Assembly: GCF_006345805.1 (NCBI RefSeq)
Contig: NC_043001.1
Coordinates: 117,242,001-117,306,000, forward strand
Length of the DNA: 64,000 nucleotides
Source: Octopus sinensis
Lineage: Eukaryota
Direction of reading: 5' to 3'
The notes below the pieces were generated by a model. The model was not told where the DNA came from. It saw only the letters and a program-made list of their open reading frames with translations, and did no database searches. The first letter of the stretch is position 1. Each line of letters begins with the position of its first letter. Made by a program: the position numbers and the translations under genes. This document shows, piece by piece, positions 1 through 12,513 of this stretch.

Positions 1-690
1 CGTTGAGAGCTTCTACCCAGACAGTTTGCCAATATTGCACATATGACTCTTATTGTGTGTAATGTCGTGTGACAGGTAAAAACTAAAATGAGCAGTCCTG
101 CCACCTGGACAAAATCGCAACAATTCCAGATTGTTCTTGAATGAGCTAATTTTCTGAACAAACTTTTGTCAAATATTGGACAAGAATGTTTTGCCTGCTC
201 CACAAGAAACTTCAAGGAATTCTATTCCTCTCGACTCACTTTTTTTTATCCTTGTTTAAGTATATTTTTAGAATCTGAAATCAAAAGTGGTTCAAATTGG
301 CGAACATACTGAACTAGTTTTTCAATACCAAATCTATTTATCTGAAGAATCTCTCGATTGAGAACAGTGTCAACTACCAGTTCCAGTACGAACATTGCCA
401 GTAGTGACAATATTGCATTTTTGATGAGGATTAGTGCTTGATTGTACATGGCAGAAGGAAACTTTGGATGTGGGCTTTGGAATCTCGTTGTTCTTGATAC
501 ACTGACTTTTGTCACGCTATTCTGGAGATTATGTCAAAAATGCTGAGGATTGGAGGGCGAAGAAGCACAGAAACTGACAGAAAATGGCGTCCACGTCTTT
601 CTTGGAGAATGTGGAGCCTTTCTCATGGCAGTATATGAATCTGCATCATCTTTCAACATGCAACTTCTCTGAATAGTCTTGCATTACGTT
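1..690 (-). mobile_element. Helitron RepHel remnant (PIF1-type helicase N-terminal part), disrupted, runs off window start
   Basis: Minus-strand translation across stops/frameshifts gives LKDD...SPSNP, MYNQALILIKNAIL, REILQINRFGIEKLVQYV, FLEVSCGAGKTFLSN (Walker A-like, cf. FLDAPGGTGKTFL) and PGGRTAHFSF (cf. LPGGRTAHS). Confidence 0.8.
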
Positions 691-1509
691 GGCTCGAAAA
701 ACATATACTTTATATATTTTTTATATAAATACAGACAGACAAACACACACATACATCTATATGTGCGTGTGTGTGTGTTATATACCACACACATATATAT
801 ATATATATATCCATATATAAACAAAAAGAATAATAACATGACCTAGATTTCAGCAGCAAATTCCTCCCTTGACCAGTAGGGTCAAAAAGTCAGTTTTTGA
901 GCTATTTCTAGAACAGCATCCAACACGTAGTTAAACAAAGGAACTAAAGTATTAACATTCAGTTGGAGTAATTCTCCATTCGAGAGAAGAGGGAAAAATA
1001 GCAGTAAAATATTCCCAGAAGAGGCTATTGTTTATAAGATCATAACGCACTTTAAAGTGTAAGTATGAAGACAAACAAATGGCCGAAATGTAATGTAGGC
1101 AAAAAAGAAGTTATCAATTTGACTGCACTATGATTTTTAAAATGTGACTATTCTATGTATATTGTCCGTTTTCTTTAAACTATTAATTATTTCTCCTATA
1201 TCGAAAAGAATGAAGTCTCCATAGGGACAACTGGACTTTCGGAAGTGAAAAGTACTAAACATGGTCGAACTAACTGACCACAAACATTACCACATAAACA
1301 CACAAATTATATCCAGAATCACCATTTGATAATAGCGCCCGCTTGGATAACATATCCCCACAAAAAATTTCTTTACGAAGAAAAGGTTTTTTGAATACAA
1401 ACCTATACACACACACACACACACACACACAGATATATATATATATATATTTATATATTGTATGTGTATATATATATGTGTTTATATGTATATGAAATAA
1501 AAAATAAAT

Positions 1510-1748
1510 GCGCCCTTTTTAAGCATAGCCAGGCTCATGGGCCCGGTTTCAATGGCTTATGTGTTCCCCAGCTGAACAGGACGCCAGTCCGTCGCAGCGT
1601 TACTCATTTTTGCCAGCTGAGTGGACTGGAGCAAAGTGAAATGAATTGCTTTGCTCAAGAACACAACGCGTCGCCCGGTCCAGGAATCGAAACAACAATC
1701 TTACGATCATGATGCTGAAACTCTAACCACTAAGCCACGCGCCTCCAC
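1510..1748 (-). mobile_element. tRNA-derived SINE, family B
   Basis: Minus-strand head GTGGAGGCGCGTGGCTTAGTGGTTAG...GTTTCGATTCC (A/B boxes), then TGTGTTCTTGAGCAA and CTGCGACGGACTGGCGTCCTG; related copy at 52530-52770. Confidence 0.8.
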
Positions 1749-1789
1749 ACACACACGCACACACACATATATATATATATAGTTGAAAT

Positions 1790-3345
1790 TTACAGAAGAA
1801 CAAAAGACGAAGACAGGTGTATAAACAACAAGCAGGTGTATTAGTTTGATGCTCGAGAAGGTGAGAAAGTCTTTTACGTTTCAAACCTACGTTCTTCAAC
1901 AGGAAAGAACCCGAGGAAATAAACAGAGAACGAATAAAAGAACTTGTGGAGTTAGCGGTCAGTCATGCGACTGGATGGTCAAAGGTGGTTAGACAGGAGA
2001 GCTAGGAAGAAGGGGAGATAATAAAGTACTGGTGATCCCAAAACGTAGGTGTGCGTGCGTGTGTGTATGTGAGAGTGAGGTAGTGGTGCGTGTAGATAGG
2101 AGCTGATGACTTTGACATGTGGATGTGTGCGTGTATGTGTGTGCGTGTGTGGATGATGGGGTGGGTGCTGGGAAGTGGTCAGTGCTAGTGTGTGTGGAGT
2201 TGTGTGGGATGGTGTTATGTAGTGTGGTGATGATGTTTGGTGTGGCGGTGTTGGGGTATGGGGATTTGAGAGTGGGGTGTGAGTTTGGGGTGAGGATGTA
2301 GAGGGTAAGGATATAGAAATGGGTGAGGATGTGTTGGGTAGGAGTGAGGATGTAGGGTAGGATGGGGTCTGTAGAGTGGGATGTGTGGGGTGGGGGTGGA
2401 TGGAGGATGTATCAATGAAAGAAGGTGGGTAGTAGTGAACAGAGGAAGCAAGTGTTAAAAGAAGACAGGAGAGGAAGGAAGTCAGATGAAGCCAAGCGGC
2501 GCCCCGTTTGTCCGATGTACAGGGGACAGAAAAAAGCTGGAGATGCAGTAAATGGCGTTGTTAGAGGTGCAGGTAAAGGAGTCAGTGATTTGATAGGGAC
2601 GATGGTGGGTGCCTGTGAGGATGGTGGTGTTGGAGAGGTAGGGGCACGTGCGGCAGCGTGGGCGGGAGCAGGGGAATGAGCTAGGTTGGGAGATGGGGTT
2701 AGGGAAGAAACTGTTAACCAGGTGGTCACGTAGGTTGTGGGTTGTTTGAAGGTGGGAAGGGGTAGGTTGGGGAAGATGTGCGAAGTGGAGAGGTCGGACT
2801 GGAGTCGGCAGAAGGCTCGGAGAATGGTGCTTAGGAGGGGCAGGATGGAGGTGTGGTAGGTGAGGAGAAACTGAAGACGGGCGGGTGCGAGGAGAGAGAG
2901 CAGAGGCACGGTCCACGGAACGTGCTCTGGCAAGGGCGCTGTGGATAGTGGTGAGGGGATATCCACGAAGGATGAAGTGGCAAGTCACGAGTTTAGACTG
3001 AATCTCAAAGTCACGGTTGTCACTGCAGAGCCTGCACAGAAGGAGGAATTGGGAGTAGGGGATGGAGAGCTTGGTTTGGGTATAGTGGGAGGAGGGGAAG
3101 TTGAGGTATGAGTGAGACTCGATGTGTTTGTTGTGGATGGAGGTAGTGAGAGTGGAGTTGTGTATGTTGAATGAAATGTCGAGAAAGGCGACGGAAGTGT
3201 TGGAAATGGTGCAGGAGAATTCGAGGGCAGGATGGAAGGATTAGACAAAAGAGAGGAAGGAATCTAGTTGTTCGCGGGAGAGCGAGGTCGCACCGATACA
3301 GTCATCAATATAACGACCGTATAATTCGGAAGTGGAACATGTGTA
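1790..3345 (-). mobile_element. Penelope-like retroelement, 5'-truncated: RT C-terminus, GIY-YIG endonuclease and 3' pseudo-LTR
   Basis: YIDD at 3312-3301, thumb region, CSRPRCRTCPYL zinc motif, FTCTSNNAIYCI and LYIGQTGRRLA (2522-2490); frameshifted; 3' pLTR at 1790-1970; both ends abut (TA)n. Confidence 0.9.
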
Positions 3346-3505
3346 TATAGGTATATATATATATCGCCATGGTTGGCCGCTAACTCCACAACTTTTTTTC
3401 ATTCTCTCTCTGTCTATTTCTTCGTGTTTCATTCTGTTGAAGAGCGTAAGCTCGAAACTTAAAAGACTTCTTCACCTTCCCGAGCATCAAACTACTACAC
3501 TTGCC

Positions 3506-3716
3506 TCTATATTTAAGAGATGAGAAATTATGTACATTATTTACATTATTTACATTCGACGGATATTTGTCCTCATCTTGTTTGTTGTTAACTCAACTTT
3601 TCGGCTGATATACCCTCCAGCCTTCATCAGGTGTCTTGAGGAAATTTCGGACTTGGGTTCTAATTCTTAAGGTATTTTTCGATGCTATTATTATTATTAT
3701 TATTATTATTATCATT

Positions 3717-3758
<42 letters not shown>

Positions 3759-3835
3759 GTTCTGGTCACTGCTGGAATCGAACTCAGAATCTTGGAGATA
3801 GTAGCCAACGCTCTCAATCACTACGCCATATGCCC
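3506..3835 (-). mobile_element. tRNA-headed SINE-like element with hammerhead-core 3' region (left copy of head-to-head pair)
   Basis: Head GGGCATATGGCGTAGTGATT...GAGTTCGATTCC, (AAT)n spacer, then CTGATGA(3630-3624)-A-GGCTG/CAGCC-GAAA(3602-3599). Confidence 0.7.
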
Positions 3836-3838
3836 ATA

Positions 3839-4120
3839 GGCATATGGCGTAGTGGGGCATATGGCATAGTGATTAAGAGCGCGGGCTACTAACCCCAAAA
3901 TTCCGAGTTCGATTCCAAGCAGTGACCTGATCATCATCAACAACAACAACAACAACAACAATAATATTAATAATAATAACAACATCGAAAATTACTTAGA
4001 AATGAGAATCCAGGTTCGAAATTTCCCCAAGACACCTGAAGAAGGCTGGAGGGTTTATCAACCGAAATGTTGTGTTAACAACAAACAAGATGAGGACAAA
4101 TATCCGTCGAATGTAAATAA
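3839..4120 (+). mobile_element. tRNA-headed SINE-like element with hammerhead-core 3' region (right copy)
   Basis: GGGCATATGGCATAGTGATTAAGAGC...GAGTTCGATTCC, (AAC/AAT)n, CTGAAGA-A-GGCTG...CAACC-GAAA; mirror image of 3506-3835. Confidence 0.7.
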
Positions 4121-4179
4121 TACACTTGCTTGTTGCTTACTATACACCTGTCTTCGTCTTTCGTTGTTCTGTAACATTC

Positions 4180-4243
<64 letters not shown>

Positions 4244-4244
4244 A

Positions 4245-4432
4245 CCGTAGGCGATTTTTTTCCTCCGTCTTCCCTTCCTTGGATCTTTCCTTTTCCTATG
4301 TTTCTGACGAAGAGCTCCGCTCGAAACGTTAAATCTTCTTTCTTTCTTTCCTTTCCTGAGCGTCCAATAACACTATACTTGTTCCACGTCCTCGCGTTGT
4401 TTTGTTTTCTCTTTGTGCTTTCATGTTTGGAT

Positions 4433-4438
<6 letters not shown>
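4245..4438 (+). mobile_element. Solo Penelope-type pseudo-LTR (second family) with minimal hammerhead-like core
   Basis: GTTT-CTGACGA(4304-4310)-A-GAGC-TCC-GCTC-GAAA(4323-4326)-CG...CGTC(4361-4364); flanked by TG/TA microsatellites; related copy on minus at 43900-44080. Confidence 0.65.
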
Positions 4439-4500
<62 letters not shown>

Positions 4501-5123
4501 TGTATGTATATATTTAGAGTTTCGCATTCCCGTTCATCGGACAAGCATATAAATACAATACACGCATATATATATACATGCATACACACACACACAGATA
4601 CAGATATATATCGAAAAATGATCAAAGCTCTTTCCCGAGTCATAAGCTCATAAAGCCAATTTCTTGGATTTTGTGGCGTATTTATTTCTCCGCCCCTGGG
4701 CGCAACACCGGTCCATCACAAGATCATTCATTTTATTTAGTTGAGTGGACTGGGACAACATGAAATGAAGTGTTTTGTTCGAGAATACGAAAGTGTTCTG
4801 CATCCTACCATTTCACTTAGTACTGTTAATGAGAGATCATTTTGATAGATTCTTCTGGGATATTAATTACGAATAGAAGAAACTCGAATTCGGGGAGATT
4901 AATGACATGATACAGCTCAATTATGAATTGAACTTCTCATAAATAACATACCAGGAGAAAGAAAAAAAATCACTACCAGATTAAATGGAAATTGATCTTA
5001 GTCTCTGGTAAAATAATTTGGTCATCAGCTGGAAAAATGACTAAGATGTGTCAGAAAACAGATAGCTGATATCAGAGATCTGAGCTGTTAGGATAATCTT
5101 GAAACGATACCTCTCTTCTTACA

Positions 5124-5335
5124 AGGCGGCGAGCTGGCAGAAACGTTAGCACGCCGGGCGAAATGCTTTGCGATATTTCGTTTGTCTTTACGTTCTAAGT
5201 TCAAATTCTTCCGAAGTCGACTTTACCTTTCATCCCATTCGGGGTCGATAAATTAAGTACGAGTTGCGTACTGGGGTCGATCTAATCGATGTCCCTCTCC
5301 CCCAAAATTTCAGGCCTTGTGCCTAAAGTAGAAAT
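5124..5335 (+). mobile_element. tRNA-derived SINE, family C
   Basis: GGCGGCGAGCTGGCAGAA head, GTTCAAAT B-box, central CCTTTCATCC..TCGGGGTCGATAAA..AAGTAC motif resembling the Meta-type central domain (recalled similarity, not aligned). Confidence 0.8.
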
Positions 5336-5352
5336 TAGTAGAATAATAATAT

Positions 5353-5513
5353 AGGCGTAGGCGTGGCTGTGTGGTAAGTAGCTTGCTTACCAATCACATG
5401 GTTCCGGGTTCAGTCCCACCGCGTGGCACCTTGGGCAAGTGTCTTCTATAGTCTCAGGCCGATCAAAGCCTTGTGAGTGGATTTGGTCGACGGAAACTGA
5501 AAGAAGCCCGTCG

Positions 5514-5556
<43 letters not shown>

Positions 5557-5743
5557 CTGTGTGTGAATGTGTCTGTGTTTGTCCCCCAACATTGCTTAAC
5601 AGCCGATGCTGGTGTGTTTACGTCCCCGTATCTTAGCGGTTCGGCGACAAAGACCGATAGAATAAGTACTAGGCTTACAAAGAATAAGTCCTGGCGGTGC
5701 TCCAGCATGGCCACAGTCCAATGGCTGAAACAAGTAAAAGAGT
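5353..5743 (+). mobile_element. tRNA-derived SINE, family A (CORE-like)
   Basis: GGCGTGGCTGTGTGGTAAG head, GGTTCAGTCCC B-box, CCTTGGGCAAGTGTCTT CORE-like motif, internal TA/TG microsatellite, 3' GGCGGTGCTCCAGCATGGCC...AAGTAAAAGA. Confidence 0.85.
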
Positions 5744-6704
5744 ATCTCTCTTCTTACGCACCATCGAGAAAACCTCTACATGGTGGACCGACATGCTAGA
5801 AATAGCAGCCAAGTAAATCTAAAATCACATTTCGTCATAAAAATAAACGAGTCATTATTTAATGAGTCCTAGATTCACTAAGCTTCTGAATAAAAACGGG
5901 GGTGGCCAAAACTGGAACGTCTTTAATCATATATCTGCAGGATCAGGGCTGACCTGGGGAACAACAACACCAATGTTTCTTTTATCTAGAACGCTAACAA
6001 GAACACTCCTATATTCTACATATGTAATGTTGGGGAAAGTCAGGTTGCTGTGTTTGGAATACAAGATAGATTAGGCGTGAATACGAGGAGGTTATATGTC
6101 AGCTCACCAAACTATCTGGTTTACACACCCGTATCAGGAGCCGTTGAATGATTACGTTAGGTTTAGCATTCAGAGAACCACGATTCTGTAAAATTAGCAT
6201 ATATATGATATTTCTTTACTTGAACCGTAACATAATCCCAATCTACACAACAGTGTTCCGGATAATGATCAAAATGTCATGGCCATCCCTTCTTAAATTT
6301 TCAGACTTAATATTTGTATATCTATATTAGCCATGTATAAACACTCCTTCTTAAGGTGATAGAGTGTTGGGTGAGGTAAATCTGACAGGTTGAGCAGCAA
6401 GTTGACTAGTCAGACTAGTATAATCATTTAGTCAGAATGGCTTCAACGAGAATTGTCGTGAAATATGAAAATTCTAGCGGAGAATGTAACCATGGTAACT
6501 GTCTCACAGTCAAGTCTGACTGAGCAATTTGTATGATTCCATGTAAAAAAAAATATGTAATGTAATTTATGTTCCATGGACTTACAATCTAGACTTTAGG
6601 GTCAGTTGCCGAATTAGTAATAATTTTGCAAACGAATACTTTAGAAGTAAAGAATTAAATGATCTAAAGAAATAATTAGCGAGCTCATTATAAAATTGAT
6701 TAAG

Positions 6705-6880
6705 TGGGTGCGTGGTAAGAAGCTTACTTTTCAACCACATGGTTCGGGGTTTAGTCCCCCCCACTGCATGACACCTCGGGTAAGTGTCTTCAGCCTCGGG
6801 CCGAACAAAGCCTTGTGAGGGGATTTGGTAGACGGAAACTGAAAGAAGCCCGTCGTGTATATATATATATATATGTGTGT

Positions 6881-6922
<42 letters not shown>

Positions 6923-7190
6923 ATATATGTATGTATGTGTTTATTTATGTATGTATGTATGTATATATGTAATTATGTGTGTGTGTATTTGTCCCTCCCC
7001 CCGCCATCGCTTGACAACCGATGCTGGTGTGTTTATGTCCCCGTAACTTAGCGGTTCGGCAAAAGTAACCGATAGAATAAGTAGTAGGCTTGCAAAAAAT
7101 AAGTCCTGAGTCGATTTGCTCGACTAAAACCGTTTAAGGTGGTACTCCAGCATGACCGCAGTCAATTGACCGAAATAAGTAAAAGACAAC
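6705..7190 (+). mobile_element. SINE family A
   Basis: Same architecture as 5353-5743. Confidence 0.8.
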
Positions 7191-7807
7191 AAGAACAAAT
7201 GAGTGAAGATATAATCTTCTCTCTCCGATTAAGGATTCAATCGGAATCTTGTTCCCACAACAAAATAATCTTTACAACTGTTTGAATTATGTGTATTTAC
7301 TATTTATCAACGCGGACTGTCACTATTAATTACCTAGGATAATATATCTGAAAAAATAAGACGGTGTGGTCACGGCTGGAATTAATTTGATATAAATCTG
7401 CTGGAACTGGGACTAAGCAACACTCCTATGATACCTGTAATTACTTAGAAAAGGACGGACCAACGAGAGACCCTCTAGCAATCACCCGGCCTGCTAGATA
7501 CACAAGCTAAATATCCTTCAAATAACAACCTACTCTCTGGAAAATTGGGGTGACACATCAAATGGAGTAATGCTAGATACTCCTATAAAGATAGGGTGAT
7601 CCTGAGTGGAACGCCTTTTATAGAAAGTTCGTGTAATTATGGCTGACCGGTGGCTAAACAGCAGCTTAGAGATAGGATAAGTTGGCTGCTGAAATTTAGA
7701 TGTTTTGGCTTCGAACGCGACACAGTTCGACACAGTACCGGCCATAAGATATAAACATCCAACCCTTTCAATGGATTTCTAGTACAATACTAATTCAGCA
7801 CTTCACA

Positions 7808-7920
7808 CTTATTCTATCGGTCTCTTTTGCCGAACCGCTAAGTGACGGGGACGTAAACACACCAGCATCGGTTGTCAAGCAATGCTAGGGGGACAAACAC
7901 AGACACACAAGCACACACAC

Positions 7921-7975
<55 letters not shown>

Positions 7976-8062
7976 TACGACAGGCTTCTTTCAGTTTCCG
8001 TCTACCAAATTCACTCACAAGGCATTGGTCGGCCCGGGGCTATAGCAGAAGACACTTGCCCA
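7808..8062 (-). mobile_element. SINE family A, partial
   Basis: Reverse complement of the family A middle and 3' parts. Confidence 0.8.
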
Positions 8063-8129
8063 CAAATATGAAATCGTTCGATCTCTTTGTTTCTTGTCAG
8101 AATCAGTTATTTCTCGAAGAACTTTTAAA

Positions 8130-8640
8130 GTATATTTTAGTGATTTCAAAATTGAAAACCACCCATTCTTCTATTTTTCTCGCCTACTATTCCAAGAAGG
8201 GTCTTGAATGTAGAGTTTTCAGTTACCTCCTCCACAGGATGCTGTCAGAAGCAACGTCGTTACACGTTCTTGAAGGATTTCCAAGAGTCACCCGCTGAGA
8301 CTCTTGATATTATCCAAACATGTCACTCTTGGTCTGCCCTTAGGTCTACTACTGGTTGCTTCGACTTGAAGAGTCTTTCTTGCGCTCCTTTCCTGTGGCA
8401 TTCCAACCACATATTTGTAGTATCGAAGCTGTGACCTCTCGATTGCAAGGAAGTAACAGCTCAATCTACAGAAACTTCCTGAACTCCAAGTCGAGTAACG
8501 TTATTCCAGAGATCCTTCGGAAGGGCCCCATTTTGGCAGTTAGTATCCGCGATCGTACTCTTTCGGTCATTAGCCAACATTCAAGACCATTAGTTAGGAT
8601 AGACAGGAAAACCGAAATGAAGACATATTTAAGAAGTTAC
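8130..8640 (-). mobile_element. RTE-clade LINE 3' fragment, degraded
   Basis: Minus translation ILTNGLECWLMTERVRSRILTAKMGPFRRISGITLLD...IELLLP matches the RTE C-terminal pattern LTYG.ESWVMTER.RSRIQAAEM.FLRR. Confidence 0.7.
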
Positions 8641-9134
8641 TGCCGAAGCGAATCATCGAATTGGCAGAGTTGTTACCGTCATGACTAGTAATACCTTCCG
8701 TTATTGTTTCAGTTTTCTGTACTTTGAGTTCGAATCTGAGTTCGAACTTTACCTTTCGGGATCAACTAAAGAAGCAACAGACCAGGGTGGTTGATTAGTG
8801 GAATTATTAGCGTGTCAGACAGAATATTTCGTAGCATATGCTTTGACTGTGTACATTATTTTGAGTTCAAATTCGAAGGTGTTACCAAAAAATGCCAGGA
8901 GTTATGATCAACAGATAATATCAGCAATTTAAAATAAAAAATGAAATAAAAACAAAATGAAAGTAATTAAAAAATAGAAAAAAAAAATGCAAAAGATCCA
9001 TGGTTACCTTCAATCTATCAGAAGATCGACTGTTATTACTGAAACCTAAATATATCTAAATTAAATCATTAAATCTTTCAAATACTCAGAGTTAACATGC
9101 AACAGAATCAGTCATATTTAGACAATTTGTTAAG

Positions 9135-10078
9135 TTGGCGAGCTGGCAGAGTCGTTAGTACGCCGGGCGAAATGCTTAGCCGTATTTCGTCTGCCGCTAC
9201 GTTCTGAGTTCAAAATCCGCCGAGGTCGACTTTGCCTTTCATCCTTTCGGGGTCGATTATATAAGTACCAGTTACGCACTGGGATCGATGTAATCGACTC
9301 AATCTGTTTGTCTGTCCTTGTTTTTCCACTCTATGTTTAGGCCCTTGTGGGTAGTAAAGAAATAGGTATTTCGTCTGCCGCTACGTTCTGAGTTCAAATT
9401 CCGCCGAGGTCGACTTTGCCTTTCATCCTTTCGGGGTCGATTAAATAAGTACCAGTTACGCACTGGGGTCGATATAATCGACTTAATCCGTTTGTCTGTC
9501 CTTGTTTGTCCACTCTGTGTTTAGGCCCTTGTGGGTAGTAAAGAAATAGGTATTTCGTCTGCCGCTACGTTCTGAGTTCAATTTCCGCCGAGGTCGACTT
9601 TGCCTTTCATCCTTTCGGGGTCGATTAAATAAGTACCAGTTACGCACTGGGGTCGATATAATCGACTTAATCCGTTTGTCTGTCCTTGTTTGTCCACTCT
9701 GTGTTTAGCCCCTTGTGGGAAGTAAAGAAATAGGTATTTCGTCTGCCGCTACGTTCTGAGTTCAAATTCCGCCGAGGTCGACTTTGCCTTTCATCCTTTC
9801 GGGGTCGATTAAATAAGTACCAGTTACGCACTGGGGTCGATATAATCGACTTAATCCGTTTGTCTGACCTTGTTTGTCCTCTCTGTGTTTAGCCTCTTGT
9901 GGGCAGTAAAGAAATAGGTACTTTTTCTGGCTCCACATTCTGAATTCAAATTCCGCTGAGGTCGACTTTACCTTTCATTCTTTCGAAATCAATAAAATAA
10001 GTCACAGCTGAGCATTGGTTCGATGTAATCGACCTCCTCCTCCCCACAAATTTGCTGGCCTTGTGTTTATAGTAGAAG
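9135..10078 (+). repeat. SINE family C with one head followed by five tandem 184-bp units (last one diverged)
   Basis: Unit start GTATTTCG at 9182, 9366, 9550, 9734 and GTACTTTT at 9918: constant 184-bp period. Confidence 0.9.
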
Positions 10079-12005
10079 GAATATTTTAAAAAAATTGTAG
10101 CACAATTATATAAAAATATCAAGTAAACGCTATCATTCCGAATTCGAATCCAGGTGCAATATATATTAATTTAAGGGCAAGTCCAGCGCTTATTACCTTC
10201 TGTAGAGGCAGATAGAATGAAGAATAAAGTCATTCCTAGACGAGAGACCTGAACCAAGTACTACAATTACCACTTCTCCAGAAAGATAGCTATCATGACA
10301 TTAAATAAATACAAAAGAAAATAAAATGATGCTTCATGATATTTGGTGATCAGTAGAGTATTGGACAAAATGAATGGGGATATTTAATTACGACGCTTTA
10401 CGTTCTAAGTTTAAATGCTAAAGAGGCCAACTTACTGCTTCATCCAAACGGAATATATAAATTGAGTACCAGTCAAGTTGAGGGTCGATGTAATTGACTA
10501 TAAGTCACTAGACATCTTTTTCCTTTAAACAAAATATTAGTTGCGCCGGTATATATTAATAGATACATTGTATATTGTTTCTATTCTACATTCAGATCTT
10601 GTGTGGATCTCTTTCATTTTCACCAGTAGATAAAGCAAGTGCCAGGTAATTGACGATTTCATTAAAAAAAACAAAAAAAAACAAAACATCCTCCATATAT
10701 TGTTCGTCAAACACCATTACTTGTTACCAAGAGGACCAAGAGGACTCCAATACGGTCGCATATGGTATTTGAGGGACCTTCGATATCAGTAAAATCAGAT
10801 AGAAAAAGTAGACAAATCTCTTTCAAATCATACGGTATAATCTTAAAAAAAGCAAAGGGCACATTAGAGAATATAATTCTATAGACCACTGAAAACGACA
10901 AGATGGTCATAACTGGAATGTCTTGGCCAGGGTTGATTGCTCTAGAGAGTTACAGCAATGCGATTAATTTAAGAGATAAGGGGAGTGGAAATGAAAAGAT
11001 AAAAGAAAGGAGAACGATGAAAAGGATGAATGAGAGTGAAATAAAGTAACGACAAGAATATTGAAGGACCATGTGAAAAAAAAAAATCAGAGAAAAATTC
11101 TCTCTTCTTACCTGCCATCTGGCTGGTGTGAATGGTCAACATGTTTTTAACGATGTAGAATAAAGTCAACTCCCTTTTGTCAAGAAAACACTAGAAATAA
11201 GCTGCTTTTCTCATGTGATACATGTCTTTCTTACAGGGTGAGAGGAAATGCGTGGTTTCCTTCCGTAAAGTCGGAACCAACTCATTCATACTAGTAAAGG
11301 ATATATGGTGGCTGTAAACTAAAAGGGATGTGCGTAAGAGACAAGTATCAGCAGTGACTTGTAGTCTACTAAATTTACTTTGTTTTTCTTCTTTTTCTTC
11401 TTCCGGGAGTGGCAGGGAAGATAATGGCTGGTGATACCAAATTTTCAGACAACTGGCGTTATGTAATTAGTGAAGCTTTCAAGAAGGTATATGTCACTCG
11501 AATAACACGAAAGAGAAGTTAAGTATTAGTTACAGAAATGGAACAACAGCAGCAACCACAACAACAGCGATAGGGGAGATATAGAATAAATCTATTTAAA
11601 AATTTCAAAGGGAAGGGGTGGAGAAGGAAGAGGAGGAGGAGGGGGAGAAAGGAAGAAAGGGGTGAGAAAAAGAAGAGGGGACGAAGAGGTGGAATGATGA
11701 GAAAGAAAAAAAAAACGGTGTCAAGTGTATTTCAAGCATTTATATCTTGAATGATTCCATATTTCCTCACAAGAACGTCTTTGTGCAGTGGCTCAATTTA
11801 TTTGCACATATACACAAAGATAATATGGCTAACGTCAATACCACAAAATGCTCGCTCATAACATTCACTATTGAAAAAGTTTAGAAGATCAAAGGGAGAT
11901 AAAATATCGGCCTCAGGTTCTTAGGTTATAGTGTTGCTCTTTATAACACTGCATCTTTAGTAGGAAAACTCTGAATGAGCTCTTCCAATATTAGTCTTAT
12001 TTATT

Positions 12006-12075
<70 letters not shown>

Positions 12076-12077
<2 letters not shown>

Positions 12078-12346
12078 TTCTCTTTATCACAGGTTTTGTT
12101 GGAGCTCGTGGAGTGTTGCATGCTTACCATGCTATCCGTTCTTTTCAGCTATCTAATACTTTCCTCATTATTCTGGCCGTGCCAAGGAAGCAAACCTTTT
12201 GTAACAGTTCTACTGGTCACTCTATTCCAATTTCCTTTATATTCCTCTTGACCCCTGCTGATACTGTTCCCAAGGACCCAATAATAATTGACACTATCTT
12301 CATCTTCATCTTTCAGAGCCGGGCTATTTCGTATGTAAGAGGGTTA

Positions 12347-12432
<86 letters not shown>

Positions 12433-12433
12433 C

Positions 12434-12513
<80 letters not shown>

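Larger units (their letters stand above)
3366..4185 (+). mobile_element. Inverted Penelope pseudo-LTR (3366-3504 and 4121-4185) split by an insertion
   Basis: Reverse complement of 1790-1970; core CTGTTGA-A-GAGC-GTAA-GCTC-GAAA; TACACTTGC duplicated at 3496-3504 and 4121-4129 around the insert. Confidence 0.8.

Noticed and set aside
3855-3930. tRNA gene
   Set aside because: A and B boxes are present but there is no complete cloverleaf; it is a SINE head, as are the other tRNA-like heads.
9182-10078. CRISPR-like regular repeats
   Set aside because: Whole 184-bp units repeat with no unique spacers, there are no cas genes, and the sequence is a eukaryotic SINE body.
10707-11169. Two minus-strand ORFs and a CAG|GTAAGA donor near 11110
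   Set aside because: No recognisable motifs; cannot be distinguished from chance.
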